Source: Eledone cirrhosa (lineage: Eukaryota). Taken from it: a stretch of DNA of 64,000 bases. The number at the start of each line of letters is the position of its first letter. Position 1 is the first letter of the stretch. The stretch covers positions 27,032,001 to 27,096,000 of the forward strand of contig OZ024759.1 in the NCBI GenBank assembly GCA_964016885.1. Direction: 5' to 3'. This document shows positions 52,893-64,000 of this stretch, piece by piece. The notes beneath the pieces were generated by a model. It was not told where the DNA came from and ran no database searches. It saw only the letters and a program-made list of their open reading frames with translations. The translations under genes and the position numbers were made by a program.

Positions 52893-54789
52893 ATATACAT
52901 AAACAAGACTGTTATTGCTCCAACCAGTCTATTTACCTTTGATAACTATCCTAAATATAAATACACCTATACCATACATACACATATCATATATGTTTTT
53001 GATGCCGTGGTATAGCAGAGATAAGCAAGAAGAGAAAAGAAAATGAAAATGAGAAAAAAAAAGAAGTAAGAAGTCGGGGGAGGGACAGACACTTCACTCC
53101 TGTCGTCTTTCCTCCCGACTTTATGGAGGAAATCAGCAGTACAGGGACCAAGTATGGCAGAGGTCTCAATGGAGTGGAAGAGGTGAGTCAGGCCTTGGTA
53201 CTATCTTACTATCCTTTGCATTGCGGGGTGTGGAGCCTAGGTTTGTGGCTGTAGCTATATTTGAACTTTTATATGAAATTTCAGTTTTATATTTTTCACA
53301 TCTTAAAACTTAATCTTAGTCTTTTGCAGCTCATCTTGTTTCATCTCGCAGCACACGATTTGGGAACCACTGCTCTAGAGTTAGAAAAAGTATATTTTAT
53401 GCAGGGCTTCCCTGAGACATAAAAACTATTTCAAGAGATCGACATGGGTAGAAAGGTTGAGAAATGCTGCACAATGTTCTTTGGTTTTTGTTCACCTTTA
53501 AATAATCATGTATAAAATATCGGGTGTGCAAGATTTCATGAAAAGGTATAACATTATTTATGCTGATCTTGCAGGAACTAGCTCCAATTGAGAGTTGTAC
53601 CAATTCCCACTAAACTCGAAACTCCTGGACAATATATACATATCTTTATAAGTTCCTGTGTATTGTGTCGTTGTATAATGAAACATAAATATATACCATG
53701 CATGTCAGTCAGATTTGAACTCACTATATTTGGCGTTTTATAGATATAATTTGTTTGTTAAAACAATTGATTAAATAATAACTAAATAAAATTAATTCTA
53801 CAATCCTGGATAGGGAATGAACTTATAACTTCATAATAGAAGCCATCTATTCGAGCAGTATTGCCATCTAAGCCACCAGGTTACTTACAGAACTTCATTC
53901 AAATATAAAATATATGCCAGACATAGTGAGTTCGAATCTGACTGATTAGTTGGTCATTGTCCCAGCCAACAGTTTAAATCGCCAACCAGTAGGTTACATC
54001 GACTAGGTTGGGAAAACTTGGTTAAGTAGCTCCAGTTATTGCTACGTTAGACATATTCAAGACTTATCGACACCGAATGGAAGAAAGGTAAAGTTGAACT
54101 CAGAGTAAAGAACTGGAAAAATACTGCAAAGAATTCTATCTGATGTTCTAACAATTCTACCAAATTACCTTATGTATATATATTTATATCTAGAGATAAG
54201 AAGAAAACTGAAAGAAAGAAAAAAAAAATGAGACCTTATATGTAACCCATGACCGGGATTGAAACCGAAACCAGGACTACCACCATCTCTGGTATCACCC
54301 ACCAGACCACCATGAAAGATACAAAAATCTGCTTTTTTAATATTTATAAGCCTACTTTCAATATTAAAGTAATTAACATGTGGTGTTGTTCATGCCTTTC
54401 TCTATGTTATTGATAAAAAATAAAGTATTTAAACCTCAAATTTTGTTATTCAAATATGCTTGCTTATGTAATTATAAATGTCGCAGAATACACACACATA
54501 TATAGATGTGAAAATATTCAGGACCCCAACGGCTGTGCTACTGCCGTTTCGACATCTATATATATATCTTTTAGTCCTAGGCTCTTTCAGCGCAGAAAGA
54601 ATTCTCCAATGATCACAACCAGCTAATGGTGCCCAGTGGAAGCACTTTAGTCTAATTATAACCCCAACGATCACGATTAGCGGCGGCTTTTTCGAGTCTG
54701 AGGTTGACTGCCAGATATATATATATATATTTTTATACTTTGCTAGAATCCCGGAGAACAACAGAAAGATGCTGAGTTCAGAGTTTAAA

Positions 54790-55423
54790 AAACATGTCCC
54801 CTTTAATATAAAAACAATCCGAGTCTTGTAAAAGTGTTATTACTGTAATATAAAGTAGAAACCCTTTATTTAAACAAAGCTGCGATGCAGCGATCATCAA
54901 AGCAAACCCCAAAATGTAAACAAACTTCTCGCAGGTGCTGCCAGATACACGATAACATGTGTATACGAAGTGTAACAGGGAGTTGGGTCGTATTATATGA
55001 CTTTCAAATTGACCCCTATTATATTCAAATTATCCCCTGTGGGGCGTGCACCCCACGTTGAGAATCCCTCATAAATAAATATATGTGAGTGTGTTGCTAT
55101 GACTGCTATTTCTAGCAGGTTTACTGCAGTCCTGTAGACGCACAACAAAAACCGGAAGTGGCAGCCATTAAAAAACTTTGGCTTAAAATCAGCCAAAAGA
55201 TTTTCAATAATAGTAAAATTTTATTTTTGACAAGGACGATAACTTTTGTCTTACTTAATCGCAAAAATCGAGGCAAAAATTTTGAGGGTGTGCAGTTTAC
55301 ACGCTAAAAATAAACCTGCTAGAAATAGCAGTCATAGCAACTCACTTACATATATTTATATATCATATATATATATATATATATATATGGACACTTTAGA
55401 AATAGCAGCGAATAACAGAAAGG

Positions 55424-55518
<95 letters not shown>

Positions 55519-56580
55519 TATATATATATGCCCCAGCATACACACACACACACACATATATATACATATATATATGCCCCAGCATGGTCTTGGACGATCG
55601 TCTAACTAAGGCCAATAATAAAATCCTTCAAAATAAATTAAACACTACTAAATCCGGGGTTACAACTTGGATTACTTAAAAGTCAGTAAAGCTGTAAAGA
55701 TTCTATATTGTAAATAGGTGGTCGCATGTTCGAATCCGGGCAAATCTCGAGAAAAATAACAAAAAGAAGGACAATGTAAAAATAGCAGCCATAAACGAGA
55801 GGAGGACACACACACAAACACACACACATGTATATATATATATATGTGTGTCTGTGTATGTGTTTGGCTGCTATATATATATATAGCGGTCAACACACAC
55901 ACACGTACATATATAAGTGTGTGTGTTTGGCTGATATATATATATATATATATATATGATATATAAATATATGTGAGTTGCTATGACTGCTATTTCTAGC
56001 AGGTTTATTTTAGCGTGTAAACTGCACACCCGCAAAATTTTTGCCTCGATTTTTGCGATTAAGTAAGACAAAAGTTATCGTCCTTGTCAAAAATAAAATT
56101 TTACTATTATTGAAAATCTTTTGGCTGATTTTAAGCCAAAGTTTTTTAATGGCTGCCACTTCCGGTTTTTGTTGTGCGTCTACAGGACAGCCATAAACCT
56201 ACTAGAAATAGCAGTCATAACAACACACTTATGTATATTTATATATCAGGGATTCTCAACGAAGGGTACACGCCCCACAGGGGGCAATTTGAATTTAATA
56301 GGGGCCAATTAGAAAGTGATATAATACGACCAAACTTCCAGTTACACTTTGTTCACATGTTATCCTGTATCTGGCAGCAGCTACGAGAAGTTTGTTTATA
56401 TTTTGAAGTTTGTTTTGATCATCGCGGCATCGTAGCTTTGTTTAATTAAAGCATTTCTACTTTATATTACAGTAGTAACACTTTTACAAGACTCGGTTTA
56501 TTTCTATATTAAAAGGGAACATAAACCTAATTTTTAAACGTTGAGGTGGGGCATGGAGCAAAAAAGGTTTGGAACTACTG
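54790..56580. repeat. Composite inverted repeat, ~1.8 kb
   Basis: 55095-55345 is a near-perfect inverse of 55975-56225; the outer arms are diverged hAT-MITE copies; centre is TA/CA tracts plus a unique ~230-bp core. Confidence 0.85.
56248..56580 (+). mobile_element. hAT-derived MITE, ~330 bp
   Basis: Starts cagggattctcaac and ends aaaaaggtttggaactactg (reverse CAGTAGTTCCAAACCTTTTT); imperfect termini, no clear 8-bp duplication. Confidence 0.65.
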
Positions 56581-58260
56581 AAGACAACGAATCATCGTTT
56601 TTATTAATGTAAACAAACTTCTCGCAGGTGCTGCCAGATACACGATAACATGTGTATACGAAGTGTAACAGGGAGTTGGGTCGTATTATATGACTTTCAA
56701 ATTGACCCCTATTATATTCAAATTATCCCCTGTGGGGCGTGCACCCCACGTTGAGAATCCCTCATAAATAAATATATGTGAGTGTGTTGCTATGACTGCT
56801 ATTTCTAGCAGGTTTACTGCAGTCCTGTAGACGCACAACAAAAACCGGAAGTGGCAGCCATTAAAAAACTTTGGCTTAAAATCAGGCAAAAGTTTTTTAA
56901 CAATTTGCCAAGAAAGATAACTCTTGTCTTACTTAATCGCAAAAATCGAGGCAAAATTTTGCGGGTGTGCAGTTTGTTTGGTGTATTTGACTGCTATTTC
57001 TAGCATATATGGACACTTTAGAAATAGCAGCGAAACACGGGAAACATAAGAAAGAAGGTCACACACGTATATATATATATATATATAATTATGTATCTGT
57101 ATATATATATATATATATACATATATACATATATATATGCACAGATATATACATTTAAATATATATATTTATATATACATACACGCGCGCACACACACCT
57201 ATACGTAGATATTGGTGTGTGTATAGCTGGTATATATATATATATGTATGGGTGAGTGTATAGCTGGTATATATATATATATATATATAGGTGTGTGTCC
57301 TTCTTTCTGCTGTTTTCCGTTTTTCGCTGCTATTTCTAAAGTGTCCATACATGCTAGAAATAGCAGTCATAGAAACACACTCACATATATTTATTTATGA
57401 GGGATTCTCAACGTGGGGTGCACGCCCCACAGGGGATAATTTGAATATCCCCCTCTTTATATCAATTAGCACTAACTCTCTCCCTCTCTATATCTACTAC
57501 ACGGCACTCTCTTCCAATACCCCTCTCTATATGAAGTAACACCAAACTCTCCCCCTCTCTATATATTAAGCACTAAGTCAGGAATTTTTTTCTTCTTTCG
57601 TGCAGAGAGAGTAAAGTTGATTAAATCTACTGCAGTGAATTACTGGTATTTTATTTAATAAAAATTAAAATTTACTATTTGTCTTCGTTTAATTTTCGTT
57701 TTTCTTTACATAGTTTCGTTTCGTTAAATGTCTCCAGAATTTGTTTTTACTTTTACCGGATATTGAAGGTGTAAACTTGGTGTTGTCTAGAAACGTGTTA
57801 GAAATATTTTTCTTTTAATTGTGAAGAATTTAACCGCAAAGTAAGTTTTTTTTACTGTTTATTTGTGGCTGGGACAACGTATGGTATGTGTTAATGTAAA
57901 TGGTGAAGGTTTAAAGATTCTTTTTACAACTGAAAATCGGTTTGTTGTTGCTGCTAATTACTTAACGCATGGAATAGATTAAAAAAATACAGGATTGTTT
58001 CTCGGAAGAGAGGAAGAAGAAACAAATCACAGAAGCGGGTAGCACACACATTTGGGACCACATACAACACAAAAACAGGTAATCCACACATCTGGGACCA
58101 CATACAACACACCAGCAGGTAATACATACATCTAGGACCACATAAGCAGGTAATACACACATCTAGGACCACATACAACACACAAGCAGGTAATACCCAC
58201 ATCTAGGACGACATACAACCAAAGGCAGGCGAAAGGGGTGGACAAACGAGCTGCTACTAG

Positions 58261-58520
58261 ATCAAAAGATAACAGTATCGCGAGGAGCACTGGGAAACCT
58301 CTCTAATGATTTTTTAGGAAAGCCAGCACGTCTGCAGCGTTACCTCGGGCGATGGCGAGGCTGAGGAGCTGGAACAACCAAGTGCCCTCACGAGCTTCAC
58401 CAGTCACCTTCGTCAGGCTAGCCGCCAGTGAAGATAGGAATCTCGCAGTCAGTATCCCGACTCCCCCAAACGCCACAGGCTGGAAAATGTAGTTGGCCGA
58501 CAGATCACAGTATTACTTAA
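58261..58520 (-). mobile_element. CRE-like endonuclease tail, copy 4
   Basis: Same sequence as 9981-10240 with a 1-bp deletion near 58315. Confidence 0.8.
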
Positions 58521-58664
58521 CAGTGATAGATATTCTGTCTAAAGGAGGGGCGTACAACAGGCGGCCCGCGGGCCACAGTCGAGCCCACCTGACCAGTCAG
58601 AGTGGCCCGCAATGACTCTTGTAGGCTTATTTAGAATTTTTTCCATACCCGTAATACTTCTGTT

Positions 58665-59305
58665 AGTTGACCTATACTAAAGGACTTCACTGATAGGGTT
58701 ATATGTGTTATAATTTCCCAGTTGACCTATACTAAAGGACTTCACTGATAGGGTTATATGTGTTATAGTTTCCCAGTTGACCTATACTAAAGGACTTCAC
58801 TGATAGGGTTATATGTGTTATAGTTTCCCAGTTGACCTATACTAAAGGACTTCACTGATAGGGTTATATGTGTTATAATTTCCCAGTTGACCTATACTAA
58901 AGGACTTCACTGATAGGGTTATATGTGTTATAGTTTCCCAGTTGACCTATACTAAAGGGCTTCACTGATAGAGTTATATGTGTTATAGTTTCCCAGAGGG
59001 CTTCACTGATAGGGTTATATGTGTTATAGTTTCCCAGTTGACCTATACTAAAGGACTTCACTGATAGGGTTATATGTGTTATAGTTTCCCAGTTGACCTA
59101 TACTAAAGGACTTCACTGATAGGGTTATATGTGTTATAGTTTCCCAGTTGACCTATACTAAAGGACTTCACTGATAGGGTTATATGTGTTATAGTTTCCC
59201 AGTTGACCTATACTAAAGGACTTCACTGATAGGGTTATATGTGTTATAGTTTCCCAGTTGACCTATACTAAAGGGCTTCACTGATAGAGTTATATGTGTT
59301 ATAGT
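58665..59305 (+). repeat. 55-bp minisatellite, expanded (about 11.7 copies)
   Basis: Same unit as 10385-10752 with five more copies. Confidence 0.95.
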
Positions 59306-59870
59306 TTGAAACAAACTACCCGCATCAGTTATTATACTTTTATAACACCGCTATATTACGTACATGAAAGAGGTAAATATTTATTTCTCTTGTCTTCTTA
59401 AATGTATAGAACATTTTTCTTATATATATTCTTAACATAGCTAGGACCGTTTATTATTTACTAGTCTCTACTCCTAGGACTTTGCTGGTCTCATGTCCCC
59501 TCCATCAACACACACTCGGTAGAAAGCTGGTCGTCGGAGGTAAAGTGGCCCTGATTACAGGTCTAGTATTGAAGCCTTTCGGCTTGAGCCTTGCTGATGC
59601 CGACAGAGTTCCTGTGGTAGTTTTGGTAGCACAGGTGACATTTTATTGTGTTTAGGTACCGGCTAGTGCGGACACAGAGAGCACAACCAGGTGGTGAGCT
59701 GGCAACGACCAAGTGTAGAGGGCCAGCTTTGAAATTCGAGCGACGGAGTGAACTAGTAAAAGAGGCAGGGTAAGCAGCATTGGTTCTAACGGTGGGACTA
59801 GAACGGAGGTTGGGTGGTGCTGGGGGTGGGCTAACAGCTAACAGTTGTAGGAGTGGTGGGGGTTTGCTAG

Positions 59871-62231
59871 GATTAATTTTTACATCTGTATGTGAACTCT
59901 TGAAAAAGCAACATACAATTGTCCAGGGTTAAATACTTGCTCAGGGAGGAACAGACCCACTTTATCATGTATTTGACCATGGTTCTTGTTGATTGTCATG
60001 GCATATGACAGTCTTAATGGAAACTGGGGTCTTTCCAAAGTAAAAGGGATGTTGGCACCACTGGGGGCTAACTTCAGTCTTGGGATCAAAACACACCTGC
60101 CCATCAAAGGACCATAGATATGAGAAGCTTTGATAAAATGTTTATGCAGTTCTACTACTTCTAATCTTGTGCCATTACATAATCTGTTCTGGATTGAAAT
60201 ATTCCATAGAAGCATTAGTATTGATCCTGCTTTTAATTGGAGTTTGTGAGGCGGCATCCCAGAAGGTGTAAGCAAGTTCATTTAGCTTGAACCAGGCAGC
60301 AAGGGTCCCTGCATTTCTACCACAACCTGAGCATTGCCTCTTTGAAAGTAAACTCTGTTTGTTCTCCAGGTGTGTGGCTAGGCTGTATAATGTATGTGAT
60401 GTACCATGAAGCTTAAATTCGGAGAGACACGACACTGCTTCTGGCTGAGACACATACCTGCAACAAAGATAGGTTCTTATTTCATCATGGTTGTGTTGGT
60501 TCTGAGCCTCATTAGGTAATGCATTATTCGTTACTTCTATAGATGTACAATCATGCCCCATGTAACATATTTAAAGAGGTACTTGACACTTTTTACAGAA
60601 GCGCAAACTTCAACATTAATATGTGCACAATATTTCTTAAGCAAAAAGGCATTAAATGGCACAACATTCCTGTTATCTACTGAATGTCATCCAATTTACA
60701 CTGCAGTTCCTGTCTTGCACCTCCTGTACTCTGGGTATCCATTTAGGTTCAATAATGTTTCCCTTCTGTAGGTTTTTGGATAGTTCTTTTGGAAAAATCC
60801 ATTTTGTATAAATGGGGGAAAAGGGTTTCCAGAACCACATGGCCCGTGGATCATAAACTTTTAAACCTGCTCATATAGTACTTGATCATCTTCCAATGCA
60901 GGTATTTCTGCTGACACGATTCTGTCAATGTCTTCTCTGTTTCTTATCTTGTCTTCATTTCTTAAGGCTCAGTGTTATCATCTGTTTAGATAATTCATTA
61001 AACCATTATACTCATCCACTCACAATTGGGCTTGATTGTTCCTCAAATATTGAAGCCTGCATCCCTCTACTTTCATATAGGCTTCCACTAAATACTGCTA
61101 AAATAATTTACCTGCCCTATATATCGCACTAAATCCTCCTCTATATGCTATACTGTATATGTAATACTCCTGCATTGTCAGTCTATTGCAAACACAGGTC
61201 CTGCATTCCTCTCCATGTCACTATGCCACCAAAATTCACCATTATGGGTCGGTCATGAGGTCCAAGTGGCATGAATTATGTGATATTTTCTGAGGAGGAT
61301 GGTCTTTAGGAAAGATGATAATATCTCTTTGTACAGGTGGTCTGCCCTCAATCCCCCACAAAACAACAGCTATCATTACTAGTTGGTAAATTATAGCAGC
61401 TCATATCTGATCCTCTTCTAAATCTTAATTCACAGTTCTGTACACGACAATGTTCTCTTCTTGCACTTTGCTGTTTGATGCCATGCATTGTATTGTACAA
61501 TTCACATATGGATTACATTCATGCAACACCTCTCTTATCATAGCCATTTTTTGTGGTGAGCACTCATTATTTGTTGGTACTAGGGCGGTGGATTGGCAGT
61601 ATCGGTAGAGCGTCAGACACCATGCTTTGCAGCATAGGGTTATGGCCCTTTACGTTCTGGGTTCAAATCCCTCCAAGGTTGACTTTGTTTTCATCCTTAT
61701 GAGGTCGATAGAATAAAGTACCGGTAATTGCTGGCCTTGTGCCAGAAACAATTATTTGGTCGTACTTCCAATCTGTGCTACACACCTTCGTTCCCATCAA
61801 TAATATATAACTGGCCATATTGTGGTGTATTTTCTGCAGGTTACAGAGGTGGGGGTGTAGTGATATGTTTGACCGTGAATATGAAAGCTATACGGGCCTC
61901 TGCCGGGTGGTAACACCAAATGAAGTGAAATAAATGTAGTTTTAATTGCAGACGTTTCTGTGAAATCAACTGCTTCCTGGCCTCTTTCAAAGAGATTTCT
62001 CAGTCTCTCGGGGTATATTTGCAATGGTGGCAACACAGCCTTTACTTTATTACAACAGTTATTTTCATTTCTAAATTTCAAAGCTTCACAGTGATCACAC
62101 GAAACATTCATATCACTAATATGAAATTCTTCTAGATTTCCATTAATATTAATTGTTGGCCAATTTCTCTTATGACGCTCATTATCCATTCTTCTCTGTC
62201 TGAATGTTTTCCATTCTAAGTCTATTTGCAT
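59871..62231 (-). pseudogene. Helitron Rep/Hel pseudogene lacking the 2.6-kb insert (least disrupted copy)
   Basis: N-terminal Cys cluster, ECNPYV, MHGIKQQSARRE, YNLPTSND, Rep motif 3 and helicase tail are contiguous apart from the SINE at ~61583-61757. Confidence 0.95.
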
Positions 62232-62332
62232 GGAATAATTATATTCTGTTGTTTATTATGTAATTAAATAGCTCTGTACGATACATAGAGCATTCTTCTT
62301 TTCTTTACCTTTTCTATAGAAATACAAGAACA

Positions 62333-62381
<49 letters not shown>

Positions 62382-62422
62382 GTGTGTATATACATAAACA
62401 AGACTGTTATTACTCCAACCAG

Positions 62423-64000
62423 ATGAAACTCTGTCATGTAATGTTATCGACATATCTGCCCTTGGGGCTAATAATTGTCATGTAATGTTATGGACATCTC
62501 TGCCCCTGTGGCTAATAATTCTGTCATGTAATGTTATGGACATCTCTGCCCCTGTGGCTAATAATTCTGTCATGTAATGTTATGGACATCTCTGCCCCTG
62601 TGGTTAATAATTCTGAGAGAGATAAAACAAGTGAGGGATTAGAGTGTTGAAACAAGAGAGAGAGAGGAAGAGAGAGAGAGAGCGAGATGAAATGAGACAG
62701 GGAGAGCGAGATGAAACGCGAGAGTGAGAGAAGCGATATGAAACGAGAGAGTGAGAGCGAGATGAAACGAGAGAGAGAGAGAGCGAGATGAAACGAGACA
62801 GAGAGAGCGAGATGTAATGAGAGAGAGAGAGAGAGCGGGATGGAACGAGACAGAGAGGAAACGAGAGAGAGAGGAAACGAGAGTAGAGAGCGAGATGAAA
62901 CAGGAGAGAGAGAGCGAGATGAAACGAGAGGGAGAGAGAGATGAAACGAGGGAGATAGAGATGAAACGAGAGAGAGGAAGAGAGAGATGGAACGAGAGAG
63001 AGGAAGACAGAGATGAAACGAGAGAGAGAGAGAGATGAAACGAGAGAGAGAGAGCGCGAGATGAAACGAGAGAGAGAGAGCGCGAGATGAAACGACAGAG
63101 AGAGAGAGAGATGAAAGGAGGGAGATAGAGATGAAACGAGAGAGAGGAAGAGAGAGATGGAACGAGCGAGAGGAAGAGAGAGATGGAACGAGAGAGAGGA
63201 AGACAGAGATGAAACGAGAGAGAGCGAGATGAAACGAGAGAGAGAGAGAGCGAGATGAAACGAGAGAGAGGAAGAGAGAGAGCGCCAGATGAAACTCTGT
63301 CATGTAATGTTATGGACATATCTGCCCTTGGGGCTAATAATTGTCATGTAATGTTATGGACATCTCTGCCCCTGTGGCTAATAATTCTGTCATGTAATGT
63401 TATGGACATCTCGGCCCCTGTGGCTAATAATTCTGACATGTAATGTTATGGACATCTCTGCCCCTGTGGCTAATAATTCTGACATGTAATGTTATGGACA
63501 TCTCTGCCCCTGTGGCTAATAATTCTGTCATGTAATGTTATGGACATCTCTGCCCCTGTGGCTAATAATTCTGCCATGTAATGTTATGGACATCTCTGCC
63601 CCTGTGGCTAATAATTCTGCCATGTAATGTTATGGACATCTCTGCCCCTGTGGCTAATAATTCTGACATGTAATGTTATGGACATCTCTGCCCTGTGGCT
63701 AATAATTCTGACATGTAATGTTATGGACATCTCTGCCCCTGTGGCTAATAATTCTGAGAGAGATGAAACAAGTGAGGGATTAGAGAGAGATAAAACAAGT
63801 GAGGGATTAGAGTGTTGAAACAAGAGAGAGAGAGGAAGAGAGAGAGAGAGCGAGATGAAATGAGACAGGGAGAGCGAGATGAAACACGAGAGTGAGAGAA
63901 GCGAGATGAAACGAGAGAGTGAGAGCGAGATGAAACGAGAGAGAGAGAGAGCGAGATGAAACGAGACAGAGAGAGCGAGATGTAATGAGAGAGAGAGAGA
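62423..64000 (-). repeat. Reverse-orientation higher-order satellite resumes
   Basis: 46-bp arrays at ~62430-62614 and 63296-63755 with GA blocks between; 63662-64000 matches 14418-14756. Confidence 0.95.

Larger units (their letters stand above)
49359..61478 (+). repeat. 12,120-bp variant macro-unit
   Basis: Offset 47760/59880 is 12120; carries an extra 1693 bp at ~55-56.6 kb and five extra 55-bp units. Confidence 0.9.

Noticed and set aside
55700-55750. tRNA gene at gttcgaatcc
   Set aside because: B-box only; no acceptor, D or anticodon stems could be folded.
59880-60281. Functional PIF1 helicase gene
   Set aside because: Only the C-terminal motifs remain, Walker A/B are absent and the surrounding Rep sequence has stops.

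Overview
Eukaryotic, repeat-only DNA with no credible intact protein-coding gene. The SINE sequences and TA/CA microsatellites resemble, from memory, those of octopus; that taxon call is an inference. The window is a nested tandem-repeat locus with four levels. (1) A 46-bp minisatellite alternates with (CT)n-GTTTCATCTCGC blocks. (2) These form a ~0.8-2 kb higher-order satellite that flips orientation at ~20958. (3) A ~10.1-kb macro-unit (variants of 12-13 kb) is built from a dead Helitron Rep/Hel gene, two CRE-like retrotransposon endonuclease tails, a degenerate PHD finger, SINEs, hAT/MITE ends, long inverted repeats and 40-/55-bp minisatellites. (4) A probable ~49.2-kb super-unit, since 63662-64000 repeats 14418-14756. 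A 200-N gap lies at 14218-14417. The most unusual items are an 89-bp hairpin concatemer with flipped loops and fold-back junctions, an empty-site Helitron copy that delimits the 2.6-kb insert from which the satellite appears to have grown, and a PHD finger one frameshift away from the Helitron helicase C-terminus. All alignments, translations and counts were done by eye.
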